Positions 45,880 through 56,206 of a DNA stretch of 64,000 nt are shown here, one piece after another. Numbering within the stretch: the first letter of the stretch is position 1; each line of letters starts with the position of its first letter. Origin of the DNA: an uncultured virus (IMG/VR IMGVR_UViG_3300015371_000018) (Duplodnaviria > Heunggongvirae > Uroviricota > Caudoviricetes); IMG/VR virus record IMGVR_UViG_3300015371_000018; one strand, written 5' to 3'. A model generated the notes under the pieces. That model was not told the DNA's origin. It did not search any database and saw only the letters and a list, made by a program, of their open reading frames with translations. The position numbers and the translations under genes are program-made.

Positions 45880-48800
45880 CAAACACCTGCTGTCTTGACC
45901 TTGCGCGCAATTGTTTCGCCAAGGAATTCGTAGTCGGTTTCTGTTGGCTGTTCCGTAATATCGAACATGAAGGTATTTCCACCCTGATTGTCCATTGCGT
46001 TCCAGCGCGGGCGGGAGAGCGTAGCTGGCCGGATAGATTCGCCAGAGTGACCCATTAATAGGCCGGAATTTGTGATCATCGCTCCGCTGGCAGCACCAGG
46101 GATCTGATACTGAGGAAGCGGTTGACCAAGGCCAGTGAACAGAGCTTGCCGGAACCACTGCCACGAAGTTGAAGTAAATGTCTGTGGCTCATTAGCCGTG
46201 CCATTAAGTTCATTAATAGCGACAGTGTTTTGCAGGACAGCAACCTGATTCTCAAGTAATGCCTGCGTCAGATCATTTATGTCTTGCTGATTACCTGTTG
46301 CCCTAGCCTCAGCCAGAAGTTGTTCAAGTGATCCACGCTGCTCACCGAGAATATTCCCGCGCTCTTGGGCTAGACGTAAAAGCTCAGTCTGATTTACCTG
46401 GCCAGAGATTTGGCCGGTCAGATCCACGACTTGCTTATTCAGATCATTGATGCTGAGCTTGAAGCTCGCTCGCTGATTTACTTCCTCAACACGCGCATCG
46501 AAGAACGCCGCAGTATTTTCCTTGATAGTTACATCTAGCTCAGCAAGCTGATCGGTCAGATCTTGAACTAATTGCAAGTTGCCAGCCCTACCAGCACTGA
46601 AGATTAATCCCTGTAGCTCGCCACGTTGCTGCTGAAGTGCAGCTTGCCGCTGCTGGAAAACTGCGGCACGAGATAATGTCTCACCGCCAACAGAAACTCC
46701 ACCTTGTAGACCAACCGTGCCAAGGGCTTGTGCCATTCGCTCAAATAAATCGAGCCTACCAAGCCTACGCTGAGCCCTGTTGTTGATCCTGTCTGCCGCA
46801 TCCCGCAATTCCTGCTGAATCGAATCAGCTATAGCCGTCTGCAACTCCGCTATCTGGTCTTCGATTTGATCAGCTAAATCGTTGGCACCGATCTTGCGGG
46901 CCGAGAAAAGCTGCCGTTGCAATTGGCTTATTTGATTCTGCATTACCGAACGGCCACCCTGAGCAGAAGCCCGGAACAAATCTTCACGGCCAGTCAGATC
47001 AGCCAGACGTTGTACGGCATCTACAAATCGATTGGCACGCTCGGCATTGCGATTAATTTTATCTACGATGGCCTGCTGAGCATTGACTTGGGCTTCCCAA
47101 ATAGATTGCAGAAGCTCAGCCACCAACTGCTGCTGTGCCAGCATGCGATCACGGATATTCTTTAGACCGGCACGCGAAGTATCGGCACGCTTTTGAGCTT
47201 CACTACCGGTGCGCCGGATATCAGCAAGCTCATTTTGAAGATTCTTGATCTTGTTCTTTTGATCTTTGTCTTCCTCGCCGCGCTGAAGCCGCTTAATCCT
47301 TTTTTCAACTGCCTTAGCTTGGCGCTCAGAACGATCCGCCACACGCTGCTCAGCCATCGTTACATCACGAGTTTCATCTTCGGCCCGACCCAACCGGCGC
47401 AGGAAAGTACGCTCGCGCGGTAGACGAGTCCTTAAATCACGAAGTTCTCGACGGGAAACCTGCTCATCAGTTAATGCACGAGTGACACGACCGCCACGGC
47501 CACCAACAAATGTGGCAGACAAAGTACGGCGAGCAAGATTTTCTGCAAATGCTGTCAGCGCATCTTGCTGCTGCTGAAGCAAACCATTATCACCGGTTAA
47601 TCCTTCTAGGTGAAGCTGGTAGAGCTTCCATGATTCATCTTGGCGATTTTTGATCTTGTTTAAGCGATTAGTGAATTGCGTGATCGCTCGCCGCTGCTGT
47701 TGATTCTCATCGCCCTTGCGTAAATTGTGGATCGCATTCGTCAGCCGCTCAATCTCATTCTGGTCACTGCGCATCGATTTAATCGACTCAGTGACCGCGC
47801 TGGCAGACTTGAAGACGAAGCGCATGAAGTCGCCAAGATCCTTCGTGATTGAACGAAGTTCTGTGCGAACGAAACTACTATCAATTAATAATGGTCCGAA
47901 AGGAACATTACTATTCGAAAAAGACCCACGACCACTGGGGCCAGAAGTGGTGCTCGGTCCAAAGCCACCGATGATTCCACCGCCAGCGAATCCACGAATA
48001 GCTCCTGCAAACATAGAAGCACGCCGTCTGTAGCCAGCGGTATTTGGATGAATTCCATCTCCGCGCACATAAGGGCCAGCTATTCGTGCCCAATCAACTA
48101 CACGATCAGCACGGTTGCGAATTAAACGATTTTTTGCTGCTGCATCTGTTGCAGCACGAACGATAGTAGCCATGACCAATGGCTTCCCGCGCAGCATCCG
48201 TTTAGCTGCATTGATTGAACCAGCTAAATTACCCGCAGCGGTCCCGTCGTTAGTGCCCATGTCAAGCACACCTACATCTATGCCAGGATGATCGCCTAGC
48301 ATTTGCCGCAATTGACCGACACCCCAGATTGAAGGTTTACCACCTTGGACTGCTGAGAATAATCTAACGCCTTGTAGCCGTCCACGAAGACCACCGAATT
48401 GAGTAGTGCCTACACCGAGGCTATCGCCAGCGTATGCAGCTTGATTTACTCCGCCGCGCTTGGTGCCGCCACCACCAATTTCTTCTCCACCAACGCCTAG
48501 CCCTAGTAATTTGGCAATTGCTTCTCTAGTTAAACCAAGCGCACGTGCAAGTAATTCCTGATGACGCTCAGTTAATACCCATTCGCCAACGTGCCCAAGG
48601 AAAAGCTGACCATCGCCCTTTTTGTTACCATCGATTTGCCCGCCTTGAGCAAATCCACGTATCCTGCCACCGAGAGCCAGACCATAGCGCTTCATCCAGG
48701 CGCGAGCATTTCCCTCTTGAGCTTTGTAGTTCGAGCCATCAGCAAATGCAGATCCCTGCGTGCTCTGAGCAACCATATGGGCAGGCAAGCCCTGACGCGC

Positions 48801-51800
48801 AAGTTGGTTGGCACCGCCTCTTCCATAAAATCCTCGTGTGAGGAACAGAGAGGCAACAGCTTTTTCATCATGTGGATCTACGCCTAGACCCTGCGCTGTA
48901 GATGCAAGTAATTGCAAAGAACCTTCGGAACTACGATCCCCGCCAGGCGAGTCTGTCATTCCCGATTCAGCAAAGCCAGCTTCACCAAGCGCCAGCGTTG
49001 CAACGCGAGAAGTAGAAAGTCGCTTGGCTACTTGAGCAAATGCGCGCTCGACATTTCCTGACCCATGCAGAACTGTGCCGCCACCGGGAGTAAATTCACC
49101 AGCAAGACTACGAAGACGACGATTGGCTGCCTTGCGAACTACATCAAGGCCGCGTTGAGTAATTTGTCCAAGTGCGCTGTCCTTGCCAGTACCCTCAACT
49201 TGCAAGCGCTTGATCCCTGCAATAGTCGCTGCAACTGTACCTGCTGCACGAGCAGCGAACCGTCCACCCTTAACGCGCTTCGTATTTAATGCACCAGCAA
49301 TGGCAAGATGGATATGGTCAAGGTGCTCAGTCCACGTATGGCCAGCAAACCGGCCAGGAGGCGCTTGAATTTGTCCATCCTGAATCGCCAGGTTCGGGTT
49401 ATGAATACCTTGCTTAATCTGGCGGTACAAACCAGAAAGCCGAACCCACTGAGCCGCCGCGTTCATGTAAGCGTAATCAGGAGAAGAAAGGTCAACCGCA
49501 TGGCCGACACCCGAAGCATCGGGCGTATGGTCAGAACGATTTCCTGAAGTCGTATTTACTGAGTGATCTGTAGTTGAACTAACTCCAAGGCCAGGCCAGC
49601 GTCCCTTCATCACCGCGATTAATTTTTTAAGACCCGGCGAGACATTAGAGGGGTGGCCGTCAAACAAATCTCCACCACGAGCAAAGCCTTGAGGAAGCTC
49701 GCCAGCATGAGCACCACGTATTTTCCTATGTAGCTCATCGATGCCATAGCCGTACTGTGCATGCAGAGCAGCATCAATTACACCGGCCTGCGGACCATTG
49801 GCAATTACTAATTCGCCACGGCCGACAGGATGACCCTTAATCATGCCAGCCGTACCATCGGCTCCGCGCTCACCGCGCATACCAAGCCAACCACCGCCAG
49901 CGTGACCGCCAAGAGTCTCAGGTGATTTACCTGTAAGCGGATCACGACGCTCGCCAGCATCAGTCAGACGCAAGGAACGCTGGATTTGCTCTTCACTAAA
50001 TCCAAAACCACGCATTTGCTCAGCCATGAGCTTTCGCATCGCTCGCATTCCCTTGCGAGTTAATCCTTCGGCATTGCTCATCGTGCGAGCAATGGTGTTC
50101 TGAGCAGAAAGGAAACTGCTCGACATGGCATCGACGCCTGCTTTGGACTGCACTCTCAGCAGACGGCGAATTTCTTGCATACCCTCAGATGTGCTGATCG
50201 TGCCATTACGCATCATCCTACGGATATTCTTTGATGCTAAATCAAAGTTCTTGGAAAGAGCTTCTTGGCCTTCCTTGGAATGAAGCCCCATGTTGGCCGA
50301 TATCGAAGCAATATTGGCATTGACTGTTTTCTTTAAATCCTCGAGATTTGTGTCAGAACCAAGCCTGAGGCGGCGGAATCCAGACCGAAGCTTCTCAAGC
50401 CCTTCGGTACCCTTAATCGCCATTTTCTCAATAGTGTCAGCGAAGTTATCGAGCAAACGACCACGGCCACCACCGATTTCTTCGCCCATGTTACGAATGC
50501 GCTCAACTAAACGCCGCAGGCCAGGAAGATCGCCAGCTTGCTGAAGCCGACGTACCTTTTTCTCGATGCCCTCAATATTGTCAGCTAATTTGTTAGCCTT
50601 GCCAGAGTCATTAAATAAACCAAAGGCGGTTTCAAAGAACCCTGGTCGAATCGCCTCAGACAAAGTACGAGCCTGAGCCCCGAATATATCTTCAAGAATC
50701 TGATCCGGTTTACTTCTATTCTCACGCGCTTGTCGTTGTAACTGTGGAGTGAGCCGCTGCGGTCGCTGAGAGAATGACTCTTTGCTAGTCATTAAATCAG
50801 TAACGATCTTGGTGGCAATAATTGATCCAACAGTCAGAGCGATAGTGCCACCAACTGCGCTGAAAATTCCACCGCCACCAGTAGCAACTACTCCGCCGAA
50901 TCTTCCGCCGCGTGTACCAGCAGCAGGAGGCCGTCGTCCGCCAGCTACAGGCGGGGGAGTCCTGCCAGTCCTGCTAACTACCGTTCCCTCTGATGCTGCT
51001 GTACGGGCTCCACGAATTCGGCCAGGCAAGCCACGAAGAAAATCAAGCAGCGGCGTGAAGCTGCGGGTAGTAAAAGCTGTTTTAATTGCAGCGCCAAGAG
51101 TAGAAAAAGACCCGCGTAATCCGCTGACCTGAGTACCCATCGTTCCCAGGCCACGATTCATGCCAGGGAACAGATCTATTAATTGGACAAAGTGCGAAGT
51201 AAGACCAAGCGCACCAGCAAAAGCAGCCGACAATCCTGTAACTGCCTTGGCGACAAGCAAGAATGTAACAGCATACTTAGTTAAATCACCAATGACAGGA
51301 ATGTCTAGGAATTTAAGAAGAATATCTGTGAAGAAACCAAGAACATCGGCAGCTTGAGCAATCGCTGGAACAAGTGTTTCTTCAAATAACTTGGCGAATT
51401 GTTCGACTCTATCAGCGCCATTGGCCTGGAAAATCTCGAAGAAAACAACTCCTACAGCTTTAACTACTTCCCAAAGCGCATAGGTAACGCGACGAGCATC
51501 CTCAAAGAATTGAGTAGCTTCCTTGCCGTTCTTGCGTAGGCTCTCGGCCCATCCATTTATTCCACGAGTAGCATCTTCGATGGTACGAAGACCCGTACCA
51601 GCACTCGCGCCGGTTAAAGCAGCGAATAGATTTACAACAGCCAGCGCAAGTTTTACCCAAGCCTCAAGATGTTTCTCTCCACGCAGGAAGAAACTCTCCA
51701 TCTCTTCCCGGTTGCCGGTAAGCTCGCGGAAGTCTTGAGCTAATTCTTTTGCGAACTCAAGGAATTTGCTAAGCGCAGGACCAGCAAACTCAGCAATGTT

Positions 51801-53333
51801 GGCAAACGCATGGCCGATATCAATTGCAATATCTGCTATCGGTTCAAGATTCTCTCGACTATCCTTGGTGATCCGCTCGAACTGACGAAGCTGGCGCGGT
51901 GAAGTAAATGAATCGAAAACACGATTCATCTGCCTTGCCAATTGATTAGCTAAACGCTGAGCAGAACGAAGAACATCTGGCCGCTGAAGGATCTGATCTG
52001 CTCGATTTACTCCACGAGTGAACGAATCGACTATTACATCAGTGACGCCACGGAAATCAGTATTAAATGTCCTGAGAATGCGACGGCTTGCTTCATACAA
52101 ACGCCGTTCTGCTGGCGACATTTGTTGAAGCATGAATTGAAGAGCACCAGCAGCAGCAAATGTATCTTTAGCTGCGGCTTGTGCTCCACGACGAGCAGTA
52201 TCGACAGCGCGCTGAGATTTAACTACTGCTTGCTCTGCCTCCGTGACTTGCCGACGAGCATCTTGCAAACTGCGCCGTGCATCGACAACCTGGGGGCTAC
52301 CACGAACACCTTGGCGGCGAGCTTCATTTGCATCTTGTACCGCACGCTGCCGACGAATGCGTGCCTCGTCTGCATCAAGGCGTAATTGTTCTAATTGACC
52401 AACGTTACCTTCACGTACAGCTTCAGAAACTCGCCGCTGAGCTTCCTCTTCAGATAAACGAGCACCCCGCTCAGCTAGAACCAAATCCTCGATATCACGC
52501 TTGGCTTGTTTGCGCGCTTCATTTAATGCTTCCTGAGACTGAACAGCAGCATCTTGAGCATCGCTGACTCTCTGTAGTGCGCTTACAACTCCATCTTGAG
52601 CATTCGCCAAAGTGTCTGCGGAATCAGCAGTGCTCTTTGCCGCCTTATCTTGCCTGGCGAATTTCTGAAGGTTTACATCTTGCAGCTTGCCGACCGCATC
52701 AAAAACTTGATTGACACGAAGCAACGCACCAGCTAGCAGGCCGATGGCCGGGAGAGCCTGAGCAACACCGGCGACAAGTCCACCACCGATTGCTCCCCCG
52801 GCATATACAGCAGATCCGCCGAGAGAAACGAGCGAGCCACCAAGGCCAATAGCAGCACTCGTTAATTGATTGAAGAAAACCAGAGCACCGAGAACCGCCA
52901 TACCACGCAGACGGTTATCGAGCGAGGCGATGTTGTCGTCTGTCGAACCAATCGTATTAGCAAATCTATTTAATGTACGTGAAACTACATTAACGTCACG
53001 GTCTACGTCTCGTGTAGCTCCACTGAGCCGACGGGTAGAACGCTCTTGCTTATCGATGTTTGGTACAACAGCTTCGGTTAAATTACCTAATCGTCCCTGC
53101 TGATCGCCGAAGCGTTTTAATCGTCCTTCAACATCATCGAGCCGATTGCCAAGAGCATGCAGACGAGTGTTAAATCCGCCTAACCGGTTACTTAATTTGG
53201 TTAGGGATTGCTCTGCCTTATTTGATTCACCAGTGAATGCCCGAAGCTCTGTCTTAGCCTTCGCCAAAACAGCGGCCATCTCATCGCGTGCGCGAAGGAT
53301 GATCCGAAGAATATACTCAACGTCGGGATTCAT
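45879..53333 (-). CDS. tape measure protein with C-terminal peptidase-like, lysozyme-like and SGNH hydrolase domains
   Basis: 2484 aa, helical and Ala-rich with TM stretches; follows the chaperones; motifs SDH...GHAVD...H.DHIH, AESG...GDRSS.G.LQ, GDS...GTND...DGIHP. Confidence 0.92.
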   Translation of the reverse strand: MNPDVEYILRIILRARDEMAAVLAKAKTELRAFTGESNKAEQSLTKLSNRLGGFNTRLHALGNRLDDVEGRLKRFGDQQGRLGNLTEAVVPNIDKQERSTRRLSGATRDVDRDVNVVSRTLNRFANTIGSTDDNIASLDNRLRGMAVLGALVFFNQLTSAAIGLGGSLVSLGGSAVYAGGAIGGGLVAGVAQALPAIGLLAGALLRVNQVFDAVGKLQDVNLQKFARQDKAAKSTADSADTLANAQDGVVSALQRVSDAQDAAVQSQEALNEARKQAKRDIEDLVLAERGARLSEEEAQRRVSEAVREGNVGQLEQLRLDADEARIRRQRAVQDANEARRQGVRGSPQVVDARRSLQDARRQVTEAEQAVVKSQRAVDTARRGAQAAAKDTFAAAGALQFMLQQMSPAERRLYEASRRILRTFNTDFRGVTDVIVDSFTRGVNRADQILQRPDVLRSAQRLANQLARQMNRVFDSFTSPRQLRQFERITKDSRENLEPIADIAIDIGHAFANIAEFAGPALSKFLEFAKELAQDFRELTGNREEMESFFLRGEKHLEAWVKLALAVVNLFAALTGASAGTGLRTIEDATRGINGWAESLRKNGKEATQFFEDARRVTYALWEVVKAVGVVFFEIFQANGADRVEQFAKLFEETLVPAIAQAADVLGFFTDILLKFLDIPVIGDLTKYAVTFLLVAKAVTGLSAAFAGALGLTSHFVQLIDLFPGMNRGLGTMGTQVSGLRGSFSTLGAAIKTAFTTRSFTPLLDFLRGLPGRIRGARTAASEGTVVSRTGRTPPPVAGGRRPPAAGTRGGRFGGVVATGGGGIFSAVGGTIALTVGSIIATKIVTDLMTSKESFSQRPQRLTPQLQRQARENRSKPDQILEDIFGAQARTLSEAIRPGFFETAFGLFNDSGKANKLADNIEGIEKKVRRLQQAGDLPGLRRLVERIRNMGEEIGGGRGRLLDNFADTIEKMAIKGTEGLEKLRSGFRRLRLGSDTNLEDLKKTVNANIASISANMGLHSKEGQEALSKNFDLASKNIRRMMRNGTISTSEGMQEIRRLLRVQSKAGVDAMSSSFLSAQNTIARTMSNAEGLTRKGMRAMRKLMAEQMRGFGFSEEQIQRSLRLTDAGERRDPLTGKSPETLGGHAGGGWLGMRGERGADGTAGMIKGHPVGRGELVIANGPQAGVIDAALHAQYGYGIDELHRKIRGAHAGELPQGFARGGDLFDGHPSNVSPGLKKLIAVMKGRWPGLGVSSTTDHSVNTTSGNRSDHTPDASGVGHAVDLSSPDYAYMNAAAQWVRLSGLYRQIKQGIHNPNLAIQDGQIQAPPGRFAGHTWTEHLDHIHLAIAGALNTKRVKGGRFAARAAGTVAATIAGIKRLQVEGTGKDSALGQITQRGLDVVRKAANRRLRSLAGEFTPGGGTVLHGSGNVERAFAQVAKRLSTSRVATLALGEAGFAESGMTDSPGGDRSSEGSLQLLASTAQGLGVDPHDEKAVASLFLTRGFYGRGGANQLARQGLPAHMVAQSTQGSAFADGSNYKAQEGNARAWMKRYGLALGGRIRGFAQGGQIDGNKKGDGQLFLGHVGEWVLTERHQELLARALGLTREAIAKLLGLGVGGEEIGGGGTKRGGVNQAAYAGDSLGVGTTQFGGLRGRLQGVRLFSAVQGGKPSIWGVGQLRQMLGDHPGIDVGVLDMGTNDGTAAGNLAGSINAAKRMLRGKPLVMATIVRAATDAAAKNRLIRNRADRVVDWARIAGPYVRGDGIHPNTAGYRRRASMFAGAIRGFAGGGIIGGFGPSTTSGPSGRGSFSNSNVPFGPLLIDSSFVRTELRSITKDLGDFMRFVFKSASAVTESIKSMRSDQNEIERLTNAIHNLRKGDENQQQRRAITQFTNRLNKIKNRQDESWKLYQLHLEGLTGDNGLLQQQQDALTAFAENLARRTLSATFVGGRGGRVTRALTDEQVSRRELRDLRTRLPRERTFLRRLGRAEDETRDVTMAEQRVADRSERQAKAVEKRIKRLQRGEEDKDQKNKIKNLQNELADIRRTGSEAQKRADTSRAGLKNIRDRMLAQQQLVAELLQSIWEAQVNAQQAIVDKINRNAERANRFVDAVQRLADLTGREDLFRASAQGGRSVMQNQISQLQRQLFSARKIGANDLADQIEDQIAELQTAIADSIQQELRDAADRINNRAQRRLGRLDLFERMAQALGTVGLQGGVSVGGETLSRAAVFQQRQAALQQQRGELQGLIFSAGRAGNLQLVQDLTDQLAELDVTIKENTAAFFDARVEEVNQRASFKLSINDLNKQVVDLTGQISGQVNQTELLRLAQERGNILGEQRGSLEQLLAEARATGNQQDINDLTQALLENQVAVLQNTVAINELNGTANEPQTFTSTSWQWFRQALFTGLGQPLPQYQIPGAASGAMITNSGLLMGHSGESIRPATLSRPRWNAMDNQGGNTFMFDITEQPTETDYEFLGETIARKVKTAGV

Positions 53334-53926
53334 TTACATCTGGTCAATGCTCTTGATCATTTTGTCGGCTGCGGCTATACGCTCTTTAGTTTCTTCTTCT
53401 TGCTCAGCTAAATCAATTATCGAACGCTTATCGTTTGGTCGCCCATATCGTTCATGGGTCCGTTGGATATTGCGCTTAGCTGCTTGCCAGAAAGGATGGC
53501 TCCAATCGATGACTTCCTCTTTTTTCTTCCGATCCCGTTCAATTAACTCGGGATGGTAGATGTACTCCATCGCTTGATTAAAGCCATACTCAAGGTTCTT
53601 GAAAAATCCTTCCTTGTCGTTTCCTTCTTCATCCCAATTAGGATTGGAATGGACTGCCGCGACGATGAGGTTTTTGCGTTGCACCATTTCCTCGACGGCT
53701 TGCCGCCGAACCATAGCGTTATAAAACGCCATGAATTTATTATATGGCCAACGCTTGACTTCATCTATTCGCTCGGGGTGGCAGGAGGTGTAGGCTTCAA
53801 GGGCTTCGATGGCGCTGGTTCGGATTCGGGACGCTTGGATTCCTTCGCCTTCATCGCTTCCTGCCTGCGCCGCTCCGCGTGAACCGTTCGCTTCGCTATC
53901 GCGGGCAGACTCTCTACGAAAAAACG
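53334..53926 (-). CDS. tail assembly chaperone, post-frameshift (gpGT-like) segment
   Basis: the -1 frame is open from the slippery site into the 53334-53732 ORF (…ERIDEVKRWPYNKFMAFY…). Confidence 0.75.
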
Positions 53927-54595
53927 GCGAATATCCTCGAAGTTCTGATCAACAAAACGTTCAAGAATTTCCTGACTCTGCTCTGCCGTCAGTCCCCATT
54001 TATCTTCCTCAGGGCGATAAGGCATGCTCATCACCGCACGTGCCCATTGCCGCTCAGAATTAGGAACCTCAAGAGCGATGCAATTAAAGTCCAGCACGAA
54101 ATCAGGAGAGAATGCCATCACCTTGAACAGCACTGTGGCGAAACCACTGGCATCTGTTAAATCCTGATTGGTGAGAGCGCCGATCCGCTGGCGAATCGAG
54201 CCAGCATCCGGCCCGAACACATCATCCATCCCCATCACAGCCGTACCGCCTGCCTTGATGGACTCAGAAATGACATTCCCGATCAGCGCATAGAACTTAA
54301 GTAAATCAATATGGCCAAGCGGTTGCTGAGTGTAAACCTCGTACTCGTTTTTCTTGCCACCATGCTCGGGCGGCTTGCCAATCGTGTACGACTTCTTCTC
54401 AGCAATCGGATCAAGTAATTCAATTACTTCATCCTCGGTGTGGGTCGGATCAGGTTGTGGCCGATCATCACCCTTTTCTTCAGACGCTTCAGCCTGGGGC
54501 TCTTCCTCCACCTGGGGCTCAGGCTTTTTGGGAAAATCAGTAACCTCTTCGTCTTGTTCTTGCACTTCTTCGTTTGGCTTAGTATCGATTTCCAT
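53765..54595 (-). CDS. tail assembly chaperone (gpG-like)
   Basis: between the tail genes and the TMP; GGAGG RBS; contains the slippery site. Confidence 0.8.
   Translation of the reverse strand: MEIDTKPNEEVQEQDEEVTDFPKKPEPQVEEEPQAEASEEKGDDRPQPDPTHTEDEVIELLDPIAEKKSYTIGKPPEHGGKKNEYEVYTQQPLGHIDLLKFYALIGNVISESIKAGGTAVMGMDDVFGPDAGSIRQRIGALTNQDLTDASGFATVLFKVMAFSPDFVLDFNCIALEVPNSERQWARAVMSMPYRPEEDKWGLTAEQSQEILERFVDQNFEDIRRFFVESLPAIAKRTVHAERRRQEAMKAKESKRPESEPAPSKPLKPTPPATPSE
53918..53924 (-). other. -1 programmed ribosomal frameshift slippery heptamer T TTT TTC
   Basis: correct phase in the chaperone ORF (CGT TTT TTC); the -1 frame has a TGA about 8 codons upstream and is open downstream. Confidence 0.75.
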
Positions 54596-54619
54596 GGTTG
54601 TTCGGCCTCCTTTGCTGGC

Positions 54620-55144
54620 CTAGACGCCGTGCAGTAGCTCGACGCCGACTCGGTGCGTGGTCGCACGTGAATAAAGTAAAACCTGCTGCCACGAGAGATA
54701 CAGGAACGGCTGCGCCCTTTGCCCTCGTGTGAACCTAACGAACCTACGTGGCTCGCCTTTCTTCTGGAAAGTCATTACTCGTCCTGGCTTGGCACGAATT
54801 AAAGAAGGTGCATTAACTCGGTAAAGACCTGTACCGCTATTAACGTAAATAGGGTAGCGGCCTCCACCTTGCTGAACGCCCGTGACGACTTCCCATTCTC
54901 CGCCCCCACCTAGACCACCCGGACGCCATTGAGAACCACTTGATTTAATCCTGCTAGTTAGGCTCCGGCCACCGGCAAAAGCAGTTTCTCCATCTGGTGC
55001 ATAGAAACGCATCCAATATGCACCGGTCTGGCCGACACGCTCAATGTAATTACGCAAGACTCGGCTGCTGCGGTTACCAACACGGTCAATCGCCAATAAA
55101 ATATGGCCAAGTCCTTCGAATGTAATTTCTATTTCCTGTGCCAT
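54620..55144 (-). CDS. neck / tail-completion protein (HK97 gp10-like)
   Basis: AP..T..L..I, YV..GTG and RG.RAQPFL motifs. Confidence 0.7.
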   Translation of the reverse strand: MAQEIEITFEGLGHILLAIDRVGNRSSRVLRNYIERVGQTGAYWMRFYAPDGETAFAGGRSLTSRIKSSGSQWRPGGLGGGGEWEVVTGVQQGGGRYPIYVNSGTGLYRVNAPSLIRAKPGRVMTFQKKGEPRRFVRFTRGQRAQPFLYLSWQQVLLYSRATTHRVGVELLHGV

Positions 55145-55158
55145 CTGCTTTTAGACGC

Positions 55159-55188
55159 AGAGAAGGGAGCGCATTGGCCCCCTTCTCT
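55159..55188 (-). terminator. hairpin after the major tail gene
   Basis: AGAGAAGGGGGC/GCTCCCTTCTCT 12-bp stem. Confidence 0.6.
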
Positions 55189-55278
55189 TGTCATAGCTCC
55201 CGTGCTTCATCAATCGCCTCTATTGGTCTGGATCTGAAGCGAGAGCCGTCCTAATGACTGACCCTCTTATTTAATTTA

Positions 55279-55935
55279 TTACTCAGGAATCTGTTCGAAA
55301 ATCTCACCGAAGCGAGTATCTTCGTCAGTCACAGCGGTATCAGCGAGAGCACGCCAACGGGTCGGAAGCGAAACCTGCTCGCCAGTCTTCTGATAAGTGA
55401 AGCCCGACTCTTGTGGCATGCGCTGGCAGACGCGGAAAACAAATGCGCGAATCCAGCCGCCTGGGAATTGGAAGAGCACCGCCACGCGCTTCTGCACGTA
55501 ACTAATTGGTGCGCCCATACCCACGTGACGCTCATCCGGCTGAGGATCGGTCTTGGTGACCGTAGAAATTGGTCCAAGCTCCCACGCCATTTTATAAGTC
55601 TCAAGCGTGGCCTCTGCAAGCTGGGTACCAACGTTCATATCCCAGTTCGTCGGGCGAGAAGAAACCGCCGTCGGAATTTGGTCAACGTCGTACTCTTCCT
55701 CAGCGTTGTTACGGACGATGTTGATGCCGGTTTTAGTGAAACCGCCCTCATCCCATCCAGTAACGGGATCGTACTGCGTCCCCGCTGGTGAATCGACTAA
55801 TTTAATGATATCTTCGATGCCATCAGGCCAAGCCTGATCGACAGGAGCGATAAGAAGTCGCGCCGGTCCCTGGACGAATCCAAGGGAATCCTCGTCGATA
55901 TAGTTAACAGTCTGAGCACCCCTAAGAAATGCCAT
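55279..55935 (-). CDS. major tail (tube) protein
   Basis: GPARLLIAP, GW...G.TK.GI, EYDVDQ, L.EATLE; GGAGG RBS. Confidence 0.85.
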   Translation of the reverse strand: MAFLRGAQTVNYIDEDSLGFVQGPARLLIAPVDQAWPDGIEDIIKLVDSPAGTQYDPVTGWDEGGFTKTGINIVRNNAEEEYDVDQIPTAVSSRPTNWDMNVGTQLAEATLETYKMAWELGPISTVTKTDPQPDERHVGMGAPISYVQKRVAVLFQFPGGWIRAFVFRVCQRMPQESGFTYQKTGEQVSLPTRWRALADTAVTDEDTRFGEIFEQIPE

Positions 55936-55954
55936 CTATTGATTCACCTCCCTA

Positions 55955-56197
55955 TTAATTCCGTCCGCGACCACTCGCGGGCTTTTCTTCTGCCTCAGCA
56001 GAAGCGGCTGATTTGCTCTGTTCATCGACCTGGGTTAAGCGATGATGCTTATTAAGCTGCTGAACTTCCTTATCACTTAATTCAATCTCGCCACCAAGAT
56101 CAACGTAGCGCTTGGGGTCAGACGACGATCCTTCAAGAATGATTCGCGTAGTCTGGTCATCCGCACGCTTGTTGCTGGTGTACCGATAATTAGCCAT
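55955..56197 (-). CDS. small virion-associated protein
   Basis: GGAGG RBS before ATG; between the terminator and major tail genes. Confidence 0.6.
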   Translation of the reverse strand: MANYRYTSNKRADDQTTRIILEGSSSDPKRYVDLGGEIELSDKEVQQLNKHHRLTQVDEQSKSAASAEAEEKPASGRGRN

Positions 56198-56206
56198 ATG
56201 CACCTC

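Noticed and set aside
45880..46164. 95-aa N-terminal extension of the 610-aa Dit ORF
   Set aside because: It lies inside the TMP gene; ATG 45879 coupled to the TMP stop is the more plausible start.
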